From: Octopus sinensis
Lineage: Eukaryota
DNA: 64,000 nt
Direction of reading: 5' to 3'
Assembly: GCF_006345805.1 (NCBI RefSeq)
Contig: NC_043010.1
Span: forward strand, 2,418,001-2,482,000
Positions within the stretch are counted from its first letter, which is position 1. Each line of letters opens with the position of its first letter. Under the pieces are notes generated by a model that saw nothing but the letters and a program-made list of their open reading frames with translations, searched no databases and was not told where the DNA came from. Below, one piece after another: positions 63,612 to 64,000 of the stretch. The position numbers were made by a program, and so were the translations under genes.

Positions 63612-64000
63612 TCTTTATATAAGAGTGAAGTTGTGTGTCTGTCTCCTACGATTTAGATTCCTAACTACTCCCACATTTTGCAGTGCAGTTTAACCAAAAG
63701 CGGGTATCTTATAGTCGTGATTCATATCGAGCCCTTCTGGGTATTAGCGCGCGTCTACGATGAGTCTACGATTTAAAAAAAATTTACCATCATATTTTTC
63801 CATTTTAATGCATTTTTTTCGCTTTTATATAAGGGAAGTAACTCTCTAAAAATATCTACGATGTGTCAACGATTTAAAAAAAAATTTACCTTAATTTTTT
63901 TCAATTTTTAATGCATTTTTTTGCTATTTTTTGGCTATAACTCTCTAAAAATGCTTATATAGTTATTTCCCTTACAACCCGAGCAACGCCAGGCGATACT
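63612..64000 (+). mobile_element. Helitron H1 (with internal duplication) nested in the piggyBac-like element; runs off the window
   Basis: A|TC start; near-identical to 6150-6554; window ends just before the expected CTAG. Confidence 0.9.

Overview
AT-rich eukaryotic DNA, not prokaryotic. Extreme microsatellite density and the SINE families suggest a coleoid cephalopod, probably Octopus (inference from recalled repeat families; no database search run). Most ORFs in the supplied track are microsatellite translations. Recognisable content is mainly mobile DNA: a 5'-truncated CR1/L2-group LINE with an uninterrupted 506-codon RT frame (35730-37250, -), a second decayed CR1/L2 LINE, several RTE-type LINE 3' ends, three or more tRNA-derived SINE families (dozens of copies, several with clean TSDs), non-autonomous Helitrons, Tc1/mariner relics (maT-like and DD34D), mariner/pogo/hAT/piggyBac MITEs, and kilobase TA-based arrays. 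No host gene could be named; a few splice-site-bounded segments are low-confidence exon candidates. The best finding is a complete type I hammerhead ribozyme fold at 40205-40275 (+) with all core nucleotides intact, inside a ~250-bp element embedded in (TA)n. Two more TA-associated short elements carry minimal or degenerate hammerhead cores, suggesting a Penelope-like or retrozyme-like family. Several perfect fold-backs and local duplications are also present. Repeat boundaries are read by eye and approximate unless a TSD is quoted.
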